DNA of 64,000 nt, taken from NCBI GenBank assembly GCA_950097015.1, contig CATNEN010000024.1:2480001-2544000 (forward strand), given 5' to 3'. This DNA comes from Macrostomum hystrix. Lineage: Eukaryota; Animalia; Platyhelminthes. Made by a program: the position numbers and the translations under genes. The notes under the pieces were generated by a model. That model was not told the origin of the DNA, searched no databases, and saw nothing but the letters and a program-made list of their open reading frames with translations. This document shows positions 47,619 through 60,820 of this stretch, one piece after another; positions within the stretch are counted from its first letter, which is position 1, and each line of letters begins with the position of its first letter.

Positions 47619-48473
47619 TTGCCCTACAATTATCGGGGTACCTTTATAATTAAGGCATTTTTTACTTTTTCATTTTAATGTCTAACTTTTCAATTCAGAA
47701 GAATCTGCTCAATTAAAATTAATCTCTAAAAACATTCTCAAATATCATATTCTCTCTTATAGAATAATTCAGTAGCAATGTAGCGTTTAATTTATTTTTC
47801 TTGTAAAATGATTTGTGTGATTTTTTCCGCTTAGCTACAAGGATCACTTATCAGTATGTGTACATAATTTAGTCTGTACAGAACTTGGTGAATTATTGCC
47901 TTTATTGGTAAGCTAGATTTCTATAAAAATCTTTTTTATCGGCCAAGAATTCTGCCTGAATTGCCAAACAGAAAGTTTGTTACCGTTTAGTGAATATTTT
48001 TTTCTAATCATATAATTTTGCATCCATGGAATTATATGCAATGGTTTTTACAATAGTTTTTTCTTGGATAAAGCATCCTATACTACTGGAATACTACTAC
48101 AATGCTAGTTTACGGAACTTTTCATTACTCCCATATTGCTCTAAGAAATATAATGTCTGCCTTGTTCTATTCACAATGAATTTGTAAAATTTCGATGTTT
48201 AATTAGCTTTCTTGAAACCATCTTGAATGAATTCTCAGATCATCATTCGCTAAAGTTTTCTTACCTTGTGTTTTTCACTACATATCGGCGAAAGAAACTA
48301 GTAAAATTCGAAAAAAAAATAGTACGAATTGGGCCAGTGGCGAAAGTCACTCCCCCAAAAATTGATTGCACTCTATCCTGGATTCCTGGACAAGTAAATA
48401 TTTTCAGGATATTCGAGTCCAGAAAAGTCCTTAGTCCTTATTCAGTCCTTATTTTAGTAAAAAATTATTCAAG

Positions 48474-48546
48474 CGACCACGCCAGGACTCGAACCTGGAA
48501 TCTTCTGATCCGTAGTCAGACGCGTTATCCATTGCGCCACGCGGCC
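48474..48546 (-). tRNA. trnR-ACG: tRNA-Arg (anticodon ACG)
   Basis: GGCCGCGTGGCGCAATGGATAACGCGTCTGACTACGGATCAGAAGATTCCAGGTTCGAGTCCTGGCGTGGTCG; 73 nt, paired acceptor stem, A and B boxes, T6 terminator ~10 nt downstream. Confidence 0.97.
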
Positions 48547-48763
48547 CTCGCTTGAGTTGATGCTTGAACTTGCACAATACAGTGATAAGTCGGCAAGCAA
48601 ACCATTGTTCGTTCTGCGACTTGATCATCTTGAGAAGGTTAACTGTACCTGATGGCTTGTGGTAATAGTCAAATTTCATCTGTGGTTGAGTCGCTCAGAG
48701 TACAGAAACCTGTAGTATATAATCGAACAACAAGAAGAGGGCTTTACTAAATGATAATTTCTA

Positions 48764-49200
48764 CACCCGAACGGAACAACGCGTGCACACGAAACTCAAG
48801 AACAAGGGCCAAATTTTTGTTGCGCATCTTCTGAAACAAGAATCAAGTCGCCAGCTTTTCAGACCGTCGAGATATTCAATGTTTCTGGCCGAAGGTCAGA
48901 TTTTTTCAATAAGAGCTAGTGTATTTCATACACTTCTATGCACGAATTAGCACTGCGCCTCAGTTCGGCCTTGCCAGGCCTTCAAAATCGATCAGCATGT
49001 CACCCGAATGTGCCTGCATCATCTCCGTCTTCGGTGATCATGTAACTTTATCTAGAGTCTAGACGGACTGCTGGACCTTCAAGGGCTTCAACAGGTGGAG
49101 CTTCTTCAATTCTTCAATTTCACTGATCAAGCCTAAATATTAGGCGCTGCTCAACAACAGGACACCCTCGCCTAGTCTGTCAACCAATCAGTCACCAAAA
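48764..49200. mobile_element. Dispersed ~400-bp non-coding repeat, copy C
   Basis: Colinear similarity to copies A and B. Confidence 0.8.
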
Positions 49201-49814
49201 AAATTCTGAGCGGGGAGGGGGAATTCGCCCCTGGGAATAAAAATTGACTGCAAAATGGCTTGATAGCCCTATTAATAAGATAATATTATCCGTAAAGACA
49301 AATTTATAATCCGAGTCTTATCTTGTCAGTCAAGATCATTTTAATTATATATTTTTCTACAGAAAATTATGTGTAATAATTTGATTCTGACTGCAAACGA
49401 GTTTAATAGTTTTATTCTGCAAGATATCGAGATAAGAAAATCGACGAAGAATGTCATATGAACACAAACAACAGGTACTACTTTTAGACAGTAAGTAGTA
49501 CAAACAGTTGAAAATACTGAAACCATATACTCGTACTAATAGTGTCACGTTCGATTGGAAAACAAATAAAAGAAAACGATAGACAAAACGATCATAAATA
49601 AAAATAGAGACGGAGAACAAGGATATGGTGTAAGATTAGGCTAAATTATCAGTACTTGTGTTTTTTAGAGAACAAAAGCGAAAATGCACACACAGAATGA
49701 TAACGAATGATACAAAGCACGCAATCTAACTGCTTTTAATTGTACATAAAGTATGACGGATAGAATATATTCATGTTTTAAGAGTTTACTATCTTGTATA
49801 ACAAGAGAACCACC

Positions 49815-51540
49815 TGTCTAACAGGTGAGCCATCTGTCCAACAGGTGAGCCTTCTGTCTAACAGGTGAGACATCAATCTAACAGGTGAGCCATCTATCTA
49901 AGAGGTGAGCCATCTGTCTAACAGGTGAGCCATCTATCTAAGAGGTGAACCAACTGTCTAACAGGTGAGCCATCAATCTAACAGGTGAGACATCAATCTA
50001 ACAGGTGAGCCATCTATCTAAGAGGTGAGCCATCTGTCTAACAGGTGAGCCATCTGTCTAACAGGTGAGCCATCTATCTAAGAGGTGAGCCATCTATCTA
50101 AGAGGTGAGCCATCTGTCTAACAGGTGAGCCATCTGTCTAACAGGTGAGCCATCTATCTAAGAGGTGAGCCATCTGTCTAACAGGTGAGCCATCTATCTA
50201 AGAGGTGAGCCATCTGTCTAACAGGTGAGCCATCTATCTAACAGGTGAGACATCAATCTAACAGGTGAGCCATCTATCTAAGAGGTGAGCCATCTATCTA
50301 AGAGGTGAGCCATCTGTCTAACAGGTGAGCCATCTGTCTAACAGGTGAGCCATCTGTCTAACAGGTGAGCCATCTATCTAAGAGGTGAGCCATCTGTCTA
50401 ACAGGTGAGCCATCTATCTAAGAGGTGAGCCATCTGTCTAACAGGTGAGCCATCTATCTAAGAGGTGAGCCATCTGTCTAACAGGTGAGCCATCTGTCTA
50501 ACAGGTGAGCCATCTGTCTAACAGCTGAGCCATCTGTCTAACAGGTGAGCCTTCTGTCTAACAGGTGAGCCATCAATCTAAGAGGTGAGCCATCTGTCTA
50601 ACAGGTGAGCCATCTATCTAAGAGGTGAGCCATCTGTCTAACAGGTGAGCCATCTGTCTAACAGCTGAGCCATCTGTCTAAGAGGTGAGCCATCTGTCTA
50701 ACAGGTGAGCCATCTGTCTAACAGGTGAGCCTTCTGTCTAACAGGTGAGCCTAACCTGTCTAACAGGTGAGCCATCTGTCTAACAGGTGAGCCATCTGTC
50801 TAACAGGTGAGCCATCTGTCTAACAGGTGAGCCTTCTGTCTAACAGGTGAGCCTAACCTGTCTAACAGGTGAGCCATCTGTCTAACAGGTGAGCCATCTG
50901 TCTAACAGGTGAGCCTTCTGTCTAACAGGTGAGCCTAACCTGTCTAACAGGTGAGCCATCTGTCTAACAGGTGAGCCATCTATCTAACAGGTGAGCCATC
51001 TATCTAACAGGTGAGACATCAATCTAAGAGGTGAGCCATTTGTCTAACAGGTGAGCCATCTGTCTAACAGGTGAGCCATCTGTCTAAGAGGTGAGCCTAC
51101 TGTCTAACAGGTGAGCCATCTGTCTAACAGGTGAGCCATCTGTCTAACAGGTGAGCCTTCTGTCTAACAGGTGAGCCTAACCTGTCTAACAGGTGAGCCA
51201 TCTGTCTAACAGGTGAGCCATCTGTCTAACAGGTGAGCCTTCTGTCTAACAGGTGAGCCTAACCTGTCTAACAGGTGAGCCATCTGTCTAACAGGTGAGC
51301 CATCTATCTAACAGGTGAGCCATCTATCTAACAGGTGAGACATCAATCTAAGAGGTGAGCCATTTGTCTAACAGGTGAGCCATCTGTCTAACAGGTGAGC
51401 CATCTGTCTAAGAGGTGAGCCTACTGTCTAACAGGTGAGCCTTCTGTCTAACAGGTGAGCCTAACCTGTCTAACAGATGAGCCATCTGTCTAACAGGTGA
51501 GCCTAACCTGTCTAACAGGTGAGCCATCTTGTCTGACAGG
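49815..51540. repeat. 20-bp minisatellite (acaggtgagccatctgtcta), ~1.7 kb
   Basis: Intergenic, downstream of SHANK; contains higher-order duplicated blocks (~50700-51480). Confidence 0.95.
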
Positions 51541-52002
51541 TAAGCTATCGGTCCAACTAGTAAATCGTCTCTTTCACAGCAAATATGAAACTAGCTAGAC
51601 TTTTATTTGAATTGTTTGGATGCGATAAAATATAATCCATATGCGATAACTTAATTTAAAATGAAACATGAAAGTATGAAGTCATGCTTGCCGGTAAAGT
51701 ACACAACAGAGAAAAAAACTGAGCTAATATTACGCTCGTAACAATAAACTTTCGGGTTCCTTTTCAACGGGAAAAATGTAAATTTAAGCGTCCTTGCATT
51801 CATTTCTACAAAGATGATCATATCAGTACAAATAATAACACTGAAGTAATTAATTTGACGTTGTCAACACACTTACAACCTTACTGACTTCAGTATTACA
51901 GAATACATGAGGAAACAGTAATAGATGATAAAATACCAAGAGTTGTCTAAAAGTATTTGCTAATATAAGTGAGGGGCAAATGATTATGACTTTTATAATC
52001 TA

Positions 52003-52092
52003 TTAATTCTGTCCATCAAGTGCCTCCCTGCTGCGCGACTTCTGCTTCAGAATTTCCTGTCTAAATTTTTCGGCTAGAATTTTAAACGACTC

Positions 52093-52132
<40 letters not shown>

Positions 52133-55100
52133 GGCTGCATTACTTGCTGCTGAATTGCCAAAGGCGGCTGATGAGGCGACTGAACTACCGGCTTCGCCAT
52201 CGTTGGCGGAGGAGGCAGCTTACGCGGCGAAGTCTGCAGCTCCGCTGGCGGCACGGCGACTTGGACTGAGGCAGCGGCCGAAGATGAGGCATCGATGCGA
52301 GCCACCAGGCCGCCGCTACGTCGAACAAGCTGAGCTTCAATCTGGCCGCTGGGATTTAGACCGGCCTCGAGCCGCTCCCTGCGCTTAGCGATCAGGGCTT
52401 TGAGCTCGCGCTCGTGATCTGAGGCCTGCTGCGGTGCTGCCGCCGGCTGCTGCTGCTGCTGCTGCTGCTGCTGGTTATTTATTGTTGACTTCTTTTGTAG
52501 AATGAGAGGCGCGACTGGCGGCGGCGGCGGCGGGGGTGGCGGCGGCGGTGGCGGCGGCGGCGGTGGCGGTGGTGGCGGAGGCGCTGAAATAGTTTGAGGC
52601 GGCTGCAACGGAGGCGGCGGTGGCGTCAACGGCAACGGCGTTGGGGGCGGAGTCACAGTAGGCGATGACGGAGACTCATCGGCCCCTTGATCTGCAAAGT
52701 TAGCAGCCTGTGGTGAATTTTGCTGCGGTGATTCAATGCTCGGCGAAGGCAAAGACTCCGGAGGCGGCGAGGGCGATGGCATTTCAGTTGCGACGATCGC
52801 GAGGGCATTCGCAGTTGGCGGCGCTTCGACAGCATGCTGCGACACAGTAAAAAAATCTGCTTCGCCGTCAGAATAGTCAGCCGATGGATCAGGGTTTTCC
52901 TCTGTGAAAGAAACGCCGTTCTCATTCTCGTTATTGTCGTCTAGTACGCTGAAGCGGCCTTCAAGGCCGGCAGGCAGCATCTTGACCGTCTCCGCATGGG
53001 TGACCAGCAGGTTCGTGCCCGGCCGCTCATACATGTACTCGGCCGACTGGCTGTAGATGTCGGATGTAGGCACCGAGGCCGGGAGCCGAGGCGGATGTGA
53101 TGGCGGCGGCGGCTGCGGCGGCTGCGGCGGCTGCGGCTGCGGCGGCGGCGGCTGTTGTGCCAAGGTCCTAGGCGGCTGTGACGGCGGAGGCGGCTGTGAC
53201 GGCGGAGGCGGCTGTGACGGCGGTGGCGCCGGCGCCGGAGGCTTTGGCGCCTGACGCTGCGGTGGCTGATGTGGCAGCTGCTGCTTTGAAAGTGGAGCGG
53301 CGAATGTTGAATCGCCAGCGGTAGCGCCGTGTTGCTTAGAGGTCGCTGTTGCCGTAATCGGCTCGGCCCAGTCAGTGCGGTCTGTCGGGATTGACAGGGG
53401 TTTAGGGGACTTCTACTTTTGTGTCTTTATCCTTCCCACTGTCTTCTAATTGTGTGTCTTTATCCTTCCCACTGTCTTCTAATTGTGCGTCTTTATCCTT
53501 CCCACTGTCTTCTTATTGTGCGTCTTTATCCTTCCCACTGTCTTCTAATTGTGCGTCTTTATCCATCCCACTGTCTTCTAATTGCGTGTCTTTATCCTTC
53601 CCACTGTCTTCTTATTGTGTGTCTTTATCCTTCCCACTGTCTTCTAATTGTGTGTCTTTATCCTTCCCACTGTCTTCTAATTGTGTGTCTTTATCCTTCC
53701 CACTGTCTTCTAATTGTGCGTCTTTATCCTTCCCACTGTCTTCTAATTGTGTGTCTTTATCCTTCCCACTGTCTTCTAATTGTGTGTCTTTATCCTTCCC
53801 ACTGTCTTCTAATTGCGTGTCTTTATCCTTCCCACTGTCTTCTTATTGTGTGTCTTTATCCTTCCCACTGTCTTCTAATTGTGTGTCTTTATCCTTCCCA
53901 CTGTCTTCTAATTGTGTGTCTTTATCCTTCCCACTGTCTTCTAATTGTGTGTCTTTATCCTTCCCACTGTCTTCTAATTGTGTGTCTTTATCCTTCCCAC
54001 TGTCTTCTAATTGTGTGTCTTTATCCTTCCCACTGTCTTCTAATTGTGTGTCTTTATCCTTCCCACTGTCTTCTAATTGTGTGTCTTTATCCTTCCCACT
54101 GGCTTCTAATTGTGTGTCTTTATCCTTCCCACTGGCTTCTAATTGTGTGTCTTTATCCTTCCCACTGTCTTCTAATTGTGTGTCTTTATCCTTCCCACTG
54201 GCTTCTAATTGTGTGTCTTTATCCTTCCCACTGGCTTCTAATTGTGTTTCTTCATCCTTCCCACTGTCTTCTTGTTTGTTGGTCATTTAACTTCCCTATA
54301 GTTTTCAGTTTTTATCAGAGTATCATGATGCCAACTATTGAATTTCGATGCATTTTTACTGTACCATAATGACTTAGTATTGGCTATTGGTGTAAATTGG
54401 TTCTCTTCTATAACGGAAACAATAGTAATAAACAAAGCATAGTAATATAGGCTTCGACGAAATCTATGCATCAATTGTAAGTGGATTGTGCTTAGTGGGC
54501 ACAAAAAATTAAAAGGGAAAGAGTAATTATCTTTGAATAAAATACTTACGCTTGATTTAAAAGACTAAAATAGCTCGACCAAATAATAATTAATCAAGAA
54601 AGCAACGTCACCAAAAGTCCAAACGCAAATAATGCTACTCACAAGTAGTAAACAAAGCCACAGATAATAAATAGTAATATCCTTAAAAACTGACTTTAGC
54701 CACCAATAAAAACTGGATAGCCGTTCAAGCGAGGGGCGGAAGAAGTAAAAAAATGAGTAAAATCTGGAATATTTGCGATCTCATTGGAAGATCAAAGATC
54801 TGGCGATCTGATGATCTGAGGATTGAGGATCTGAGGACCTGAGGACCTGATGATCTGAGGATCTGAGGATCTGAGGATCTGAGGACCTGAGGATCTGAGG
54901 ACCTGAGGATCTGGGGACCTGAGGACCTGAGGATCTGAGGACCTAAGGATCTGAGGACCTAAGGATCTGAAGACCTGATTATCTGAGGACCTAAGGATCT
55001 GAGGACCTGAGGATCTGAGGACCTGAGGATCTGAGGACATGAGGATCTGAGGACCTGAGGATCTGAGGACATGAGGATCTGAGGATCTGAGGACCTGAGG

Positions 55101-58100
55101 AACTGAGGATCTGAGGACCTAAGGATCTGAGGACCTAAGGATCTGAAGACCTGATTATCTGAGGACCTAAGGATCTGAGGACCTGAGGATCTGAGGACAT
55201 GAGGATCTGAGGACCTGAGGATCTGAGGACCTGAGGATCTGAGGACCTGAGGATCTGAGGACCTGAGGATCTGAGGACCTGAGGATCTGAGGACCTGAGG
55301 ATCTGAGGGATGTAAAGAAGCTTCACTATAATCGATAACTAGCTGATAAGTCAGCTAAAAGCTCATGGCGAAAGCTCCCTCCATGAAAGAAACAGTAATT
55401 GATACATCAAATATGCATAGTAAATCAGTGGTTTTCCAGCACAGCTGGTTGGACTAAAGCATTAAAGAATGGAATGAAAATAAGTTAGCGTGCCTTGCAG
55501 TCAGGCGGCATCGGTGCAATTCTACAAATGAGGATAGTGGCACAAAAAGATGGACTTTCAGAACTGCAGAAAAAAAATACATTTTTTATTAATAAACTAC
55601 ACAGAAAACAATCAGAAAACTTTATTTTCTAAATCGACGAATTTTCTAAATAGACGAATTTCCTAAATAGACGAATTTCCAAATAGACGAATTTCCAAAA
55701 AGACGAATTTTCTAAATAGACGAATTTCCTAAATCGACGAATTTTCTAAATAGACGAATTTCCAAATGGACGAATTTCCAAATAGACGAATTTCCAAATA
55801 GACGAATTTCCAAAAAGACGAATTTTCTAAATAGACGAATTTCCTAAATCGACGAATTTTCTAAATAGACGAATTTCCAAATGGACGAATTTCCAAATAG
55901 ATGAATTTCCAAATAGATGAATTTCCAAATAGATGAATTTCCAAATAGATGAATTTCCAAATAGACGAATTTCCAAATAGATGAATTTCCAAAAAGACGA
56001 ATTTTCTAAATCGATGAATTTCTAAATCGACGAATTTCCAAAACAGAAGAATTTCCAAATAGACGAATTTTCAAATAGATGAAATTCCAAATAGATAAAT
56101 TTCCTAAATAGACGAATTTCCAAATAGACGAATTTCCAAATAGACGAATTTCCAAATAGACGAATTTTCTGAATAGATGAATTTCCAAATCGATGAATTT
56201 CTAAATAGACGAGTTTCTAAATAGACGAATTTCCAAATCTATGAATTTCCAAATAGACGAATTACCAAATAGACGAATTTTCTAAATAGACGAATTTCCA
56301 AATAGACGAATTTCCATATAGACGAATTTTCTAAATAAAGGCTATTTTAATTCCATCATTTTACCACAGTAAAAAATCGACATTTTCTACAACAAATAAA
56401 ATCAAAGGCAAGTAGAAACGTCGCCAAAAAGTACATCTAAGAAGTTTAAAGCAGAAATACTGAAAACTAACCCGGCAGCTGCTGTTTGACCACCTGTCGC
56501 CTAGTAACAGTGAGCACCTGCATTGCCAGGGTCTCGCCAGACTCTTTAATCAGTCGGACGCACATTTCGTGACTGGCGGCGCGCACGTCAACATCACCGA
56601 TGGCTACAATGAAGTCGCCGCGGCGCAGGCCGGCCCGACATGCCGGACTGCCGGTCTCGACATCGTCCAGGTACTGCAGGCCCGGAATCTCCTTGGTTGG
56701 CTGGAATTCGGCCAGGCGAAGCTGTTCGCCGGCTTTAGCGCCGCGCAGCACAAAACCGAAGCCCCGGCCGCCTCTCTGAAGCACCACAGTCCGATTCGTG
56801 TGCTGCACCTCATCCTGGCTACTGTCAGTAGGCAAGTAGGTGAATTTCGCAATTTTTATTTTCGGAGCTTCCAAGAGTTCAGAGATGCCAGGAATTCGGA
56901 GATTTCAGGAATTTGGAGATTCCAGAAATTCGGAGATTCCAGAAATTCAGAGATTTCAGAAATGAGGAGATTCTACGAATTCAGAGATTCCAGGAATTCG
57001 GAGATTCCGGGAATTCGGAGATTCCAGGAATTCGGAGATTCCAGGAATTAGAAGATTCCAGGAATTAGAAGATTCCAGGAATTAGGAGATTACAGGAATT
57101 AGGAGATTTCAGGAATTAGGAGATTTCAGGAATTAGGAGATTTCAGGAATTAGGAGATTCCAGGAATTAGGAGATTCCAGGAATTAGGAGATTCCAGGAA
57201 TTCTGAGATTCCAGGAATTGGAGCTTCTACGAATTCAGAGATTCCGAGAATTAAGGAAGTAGATTTTTTCTTAAACAGATTATGACATTGTCTTTACGAC
57301 TTTAATCGTAGCGGACAATTTTAATTATCCTATGATTAAAATTTGATTAAATGTGATCTTATAAACTACGAATCACAAGTGTGATTGACAGGGGCCAAGA
57401 ATTGGCTACTCACACAATGGGTAGCAGCGAAGTTGGCACGTGGTACTCTTCAAATGTCTGCTGCGACACTGCAAGGTAAAGACGGATCGGAAAATGAAAT
57501 CCAACGCGAGGATTTTTTTAGTTAAGATAGGGGAACTAAAAAAAGAAATCAGCAGATTAAGAACATTTTAACCGCTTTTTAATTTTAATAAATGTTAGTT
57601 TCTTGTTTAAAAATACCCTAAGAGCCATACTACGCTCGTATATGAAAGTTCTTTAATTTAAGAAAACGCGTTTCAGATGACCTAATATTTGTACTTTCGG
57701 GCCCGATTGTCGCACGTACTTAGTTTGTTGCGGGGACTTGTGAAATCGAACCCGGGACGTAGCGAAACGAAGCGCTTGACCAGTCAGCTCTATGGCTCTC
57801 CGGTGTTCGCTTGGCATATTTAATTTATTTTCGTTTTTATCTACTTTACAGCAGATTCGAACCTGGGACCTACCGAAACGAAGTCTAAAGCGATAGCACT
57901 TGACCTGTCAGACCCTCTGACTCTCCAGTGTTCGCTTGGGATAAGCAACTTAATTTTCTATTTATCGACTATACTGCAGATTCGAACCTGGTACCTACCG
58001 AAACGAAGTCGGAAGCGATACGGACGCGCTACGCTGGCCCTGAACTAACAAGTATTCGTTTTCAAAGTGACTCACCCATGCTGCGCCTTGGCAATTGGTT

Positions 58101-60820
58101 GCCATCTGTCATGGCGCCAGGCAAATGGCTGACAGATCTTGATAAGCCACCGTTCACTGCAACTGCCGCAGCTGCTGAAACGGCCGCAGGTCCGCCGGCG
58201 GCGTGTCCATAGGTGGCCGGCACAGAGGCCTGGCTGGACAGCTCGGCGAGCTGCTGCCTCTCCAGCCGGCCCAGGTTGGACAGCGAGCCCCAGCGCTGCT
58301 GATTGCGCAGAGTTGGAATGCTGGTCCGCCGGCCGGCATTGAAATACGGCGCATCTCGCATCGGCACAATGTCTTCGTCGCGAAATGTGCGAATTAGTTC
58401 GGCCACCTCGGAGTGATTAGACACCACGGCCACCTGGTAGGCTGTCTGGTCCTGCTGGTTGCGCAGGCTGCGGTTGGCTCCGCAGAACAGCAGCTGCTTG
58501 GCGCACTCCGTCTGGCGTGCGAGGATACGATGTTAGGATAGTATTTGGTGTGGAAATTTATCCCCTTGGAAGCCTAATATAGAGGGGAGATTTATCGCCT
58601 TGGTAGCCAAGTATAGAGGGAAGATTCATCCCGTTGGTAGCTGGGTGTATAGGGGAGATTTATCCTCTTGGTAGCTGAGTATATAGGGAAGATTTATCCC
58701 CTTGGTAGCTGAGTATATAGGGAAGATTCATCCCCTTAGTAGCTGAGTATATAGGGGAGATTTATCCCCTTGGTAGCTGAGTATATAGGGGAGATTCATC
58801 CCCTTGGTAGCTGAGTATATAGGGAAGATTCATCCCCTTAGTAGCTGAGTATATAGGGGAGATTTATCCCCTTGGTAGCTGAGTATATAGGGGAGATTCA
58901 TCCCCTTGGTAGCTGAGTATATAGGGAAGATTCATCCCCTTGGTAGCTGAGTATATAGGGGAGATTCATCCCCTTGGTAGCTGAGTATATAGGGAAGATT
59001 CATCCCCTTAGTAGCTGAGTATATAGGGGAGATTTATCCCCTTGGTAGCTGAGTATATAGGGGAGATTTATCCCTTTGGTAACTGAGTGTAGAGGGAAGA
59101 TTTATCCCACAATAGTGAAGGAGTGGATAAGAAATCTATGTTCTATAGCAACCTCTTCACAAGCTATTTCACAAACCCCGTAGAAATAAATCCAGTGTTT
59201 ATAAATCAAACAAAAGCTCATCATTCTAACCTGGTTCATGTAGCCGCAGATGTGCAGCGGTGAATTGCCATTTTTAGTTAGCGCATTAACATCCGCCCCG
59301 TAGTTAATTAGGTACTGCAGGTGCTGCACTTTGCCAAACTTGCAAGCCTAGAATTAAATTTCATCAAATATTTGAATATCTAATGCGTTTGGGAAAATTT
59401 ACTTAATGATGACCATTGGCCAAAAAAATAATAATTCATTACAAACTTTGAATTTCACAAATGGCACTTTTGAACTCGGAATGTCAAATATGGCACTTTT
59501 GAACTCGGAATGTTCTAAAATGGCACTTTTGAACTCGGAATGTCAAAAATGGCACTTTTGAACTCGGAATGTTCTAAAATGGCACTTTTGAACTCTGAAT
59601 GTCAAAAATGGCACTTTTGAACTCTGAATGTTATAAAATGGCACTTTTGAACTAGGAATGTCAAAAATGGCACTTTTGAACTCGGAATGTCAAAAATGGC
59701 ACTTTTGAACCCGGAATGTCAAAAATGGCACTTTTGAACTCGGAATGTCAAAAATGGCACTTTTGAACCCGGAATGTCAAAAATGGCACTTTTGAACTCG
59801 GAATGTCAAAAATGGCACTTTTGAACTCAGAATGTTTTTCAAGTTCCCGGATCGAATGAATAAGGTCAAGCAGTAATTACCTGGTGAATCTCCTGCAGGC
59901 CCTGATCGTCTCGAATGCCCAGCACGCTGTGATCGAACAGTAGGCGCTCGGCGCAGTTCGGCCTGGTGTCGTGCAGCATGGTGTAGTACAGTGGGGTCAG
60001 GCCGCGAAGATCCACGCAGTTGGGCGACTGGCCCAGGTCCAGCAGGGTCTGAGCGGCCGAGTTAAGCGGGCTGACATTAATCTGACTGGCACTAATCTGA
60101 CTGGCATTGATCTGACTGGCATTGATCTGACTGGCACTGATCTGACTGGCACTAATCTGACTGGCACTAATCTGACTGGCATTGACCTGACTGGCATTGA
60201 TCTGACTGGCACTGATCTGACTGGCACTAATCTGACTGGCACTAATCTGACTGGCACTAATCTGACTGGCACTGATCTGACTCTTACTGATCTGACTGAC
60301 ACTGATCTGACTGACACTGATCTGACTGGCACTAATCTGACTGGCACTGCTCTGACTGGCACTGATCTGACTGACATTGATCTGACTGGCACTGATCTGA
60401 CTGGCACTGCTCTGACTGGCATTGATCTGACTGGCACTGATCTGACTCTTACTGATCTGACTGACATTGATCTGACTGGCACTAATCTGACTGACACTGA
60501 TCTGACTGGCACTGCTCTGACTGGCACTGCTCTGACTGGCACTGATCTGACTGACATTGATCTGACTGGCATTGATCTGACTGGCACTGATCTGACTGAC
60601 ATTGATCTGACTGGCATTGATCTGACTGGCACTAATCTGACTGGCACTAATCTGTATGCACTCACATTAATAGCCTCAAGATTGCCGTGCACTGCCGCCT
60701 TATGCAGCGGTGTCATTGAGTCCTTTGAGTCGCGAAAGTCCATATGAGCACCCCCGGAGCATAGGGCCATGATCATAGCTCGCGGCTTTGGCAGGGTCAC
60801 CGCAATCGTCAGGGGAGTGT
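52003..60820 (-). CDS. SHANK: SHANK family scaffold (ankyrin repeats, PDZ, Pro/Gln-rich tail); 5' exons not located
   Basis: Minus exons 60820-60666, 60048-59881, 59347-59231, 58511-58076, 57468-57414, 56821-56472, 53381-52003, all phase compatible. GGAHMDFR..LHKAA, TLLDLGQSP..GLTPLY, QEIHQ|ACKFGKVQHL..YGAD..GNSPLHIC, IVPMRDAPY; PDZ RTVVLQRGGRGFGFVLRGAK..LQYLDDVE..AGLRRGDF. Confidence 0.93.
53419..54275. repeat. 33-bp intronic minisatellite (tgtgtctttatccttcccactgtcttctaattg)
   Basis: Last SHANK intron; source of the CLYPSHCLLIV and SLSFPLSSNCV ORFs. Confidence 0.95.
54810..55308. repeat. 8/16-bp satellite (gaggacct/gaggatct)
   Basis: Last SHANK intron. Confidence 0.9.
55625..56335. repeat. 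~16-bp satellite (aaatagacgaatttcc)
   Basis: Last SHANK intron. Confidence 0.9.
56880..57250. repeat. 17-bp satellite (ggagattccaggaatta)
   Basis: SHANK intron upstream of the PDZ exon. Confidence 0.85.
58560..59105. repeat. 34-bp minisatellite (gatttatccccttggtagctgagtatatagggga)
   Basis: SHANK intron; the unit has tcccct..agggga inverted arms. Confidence 0.9.
59460..59835. repeat. 29-bp minisatellite (aatggcacttttgaactcggaatgtcaaa)
   Basis: SHANK intron. Confidence 0.9.
60072..60655. repeat. 15-bp minisatellite (ctgactggcactgat)
   Basis: Fills the SHANK intron 60665-60049. Confidence 0.95.

Noticed and set aside
48223-48679. ORFs overlapping the tRNA-Arg gene
   Set aside because: AT-rich random ORFs; the tRNA explains the conserved segment.
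53419-54369. Cys/His-rich repeat proteins (CLYPSHCLLIV)n and (SLSFPLSSNCV)n
   Set aside because: A 33-bp intronic satellite open in several frames by chance.
59971-60747. Pentapeptide-repeat protein (LTGTD)n on +
   Set aside because: It is a 15-bp satellite lying antisense within a GT-AG intron (60665-60049) between two SHANK ankyrin exons that join in frame.
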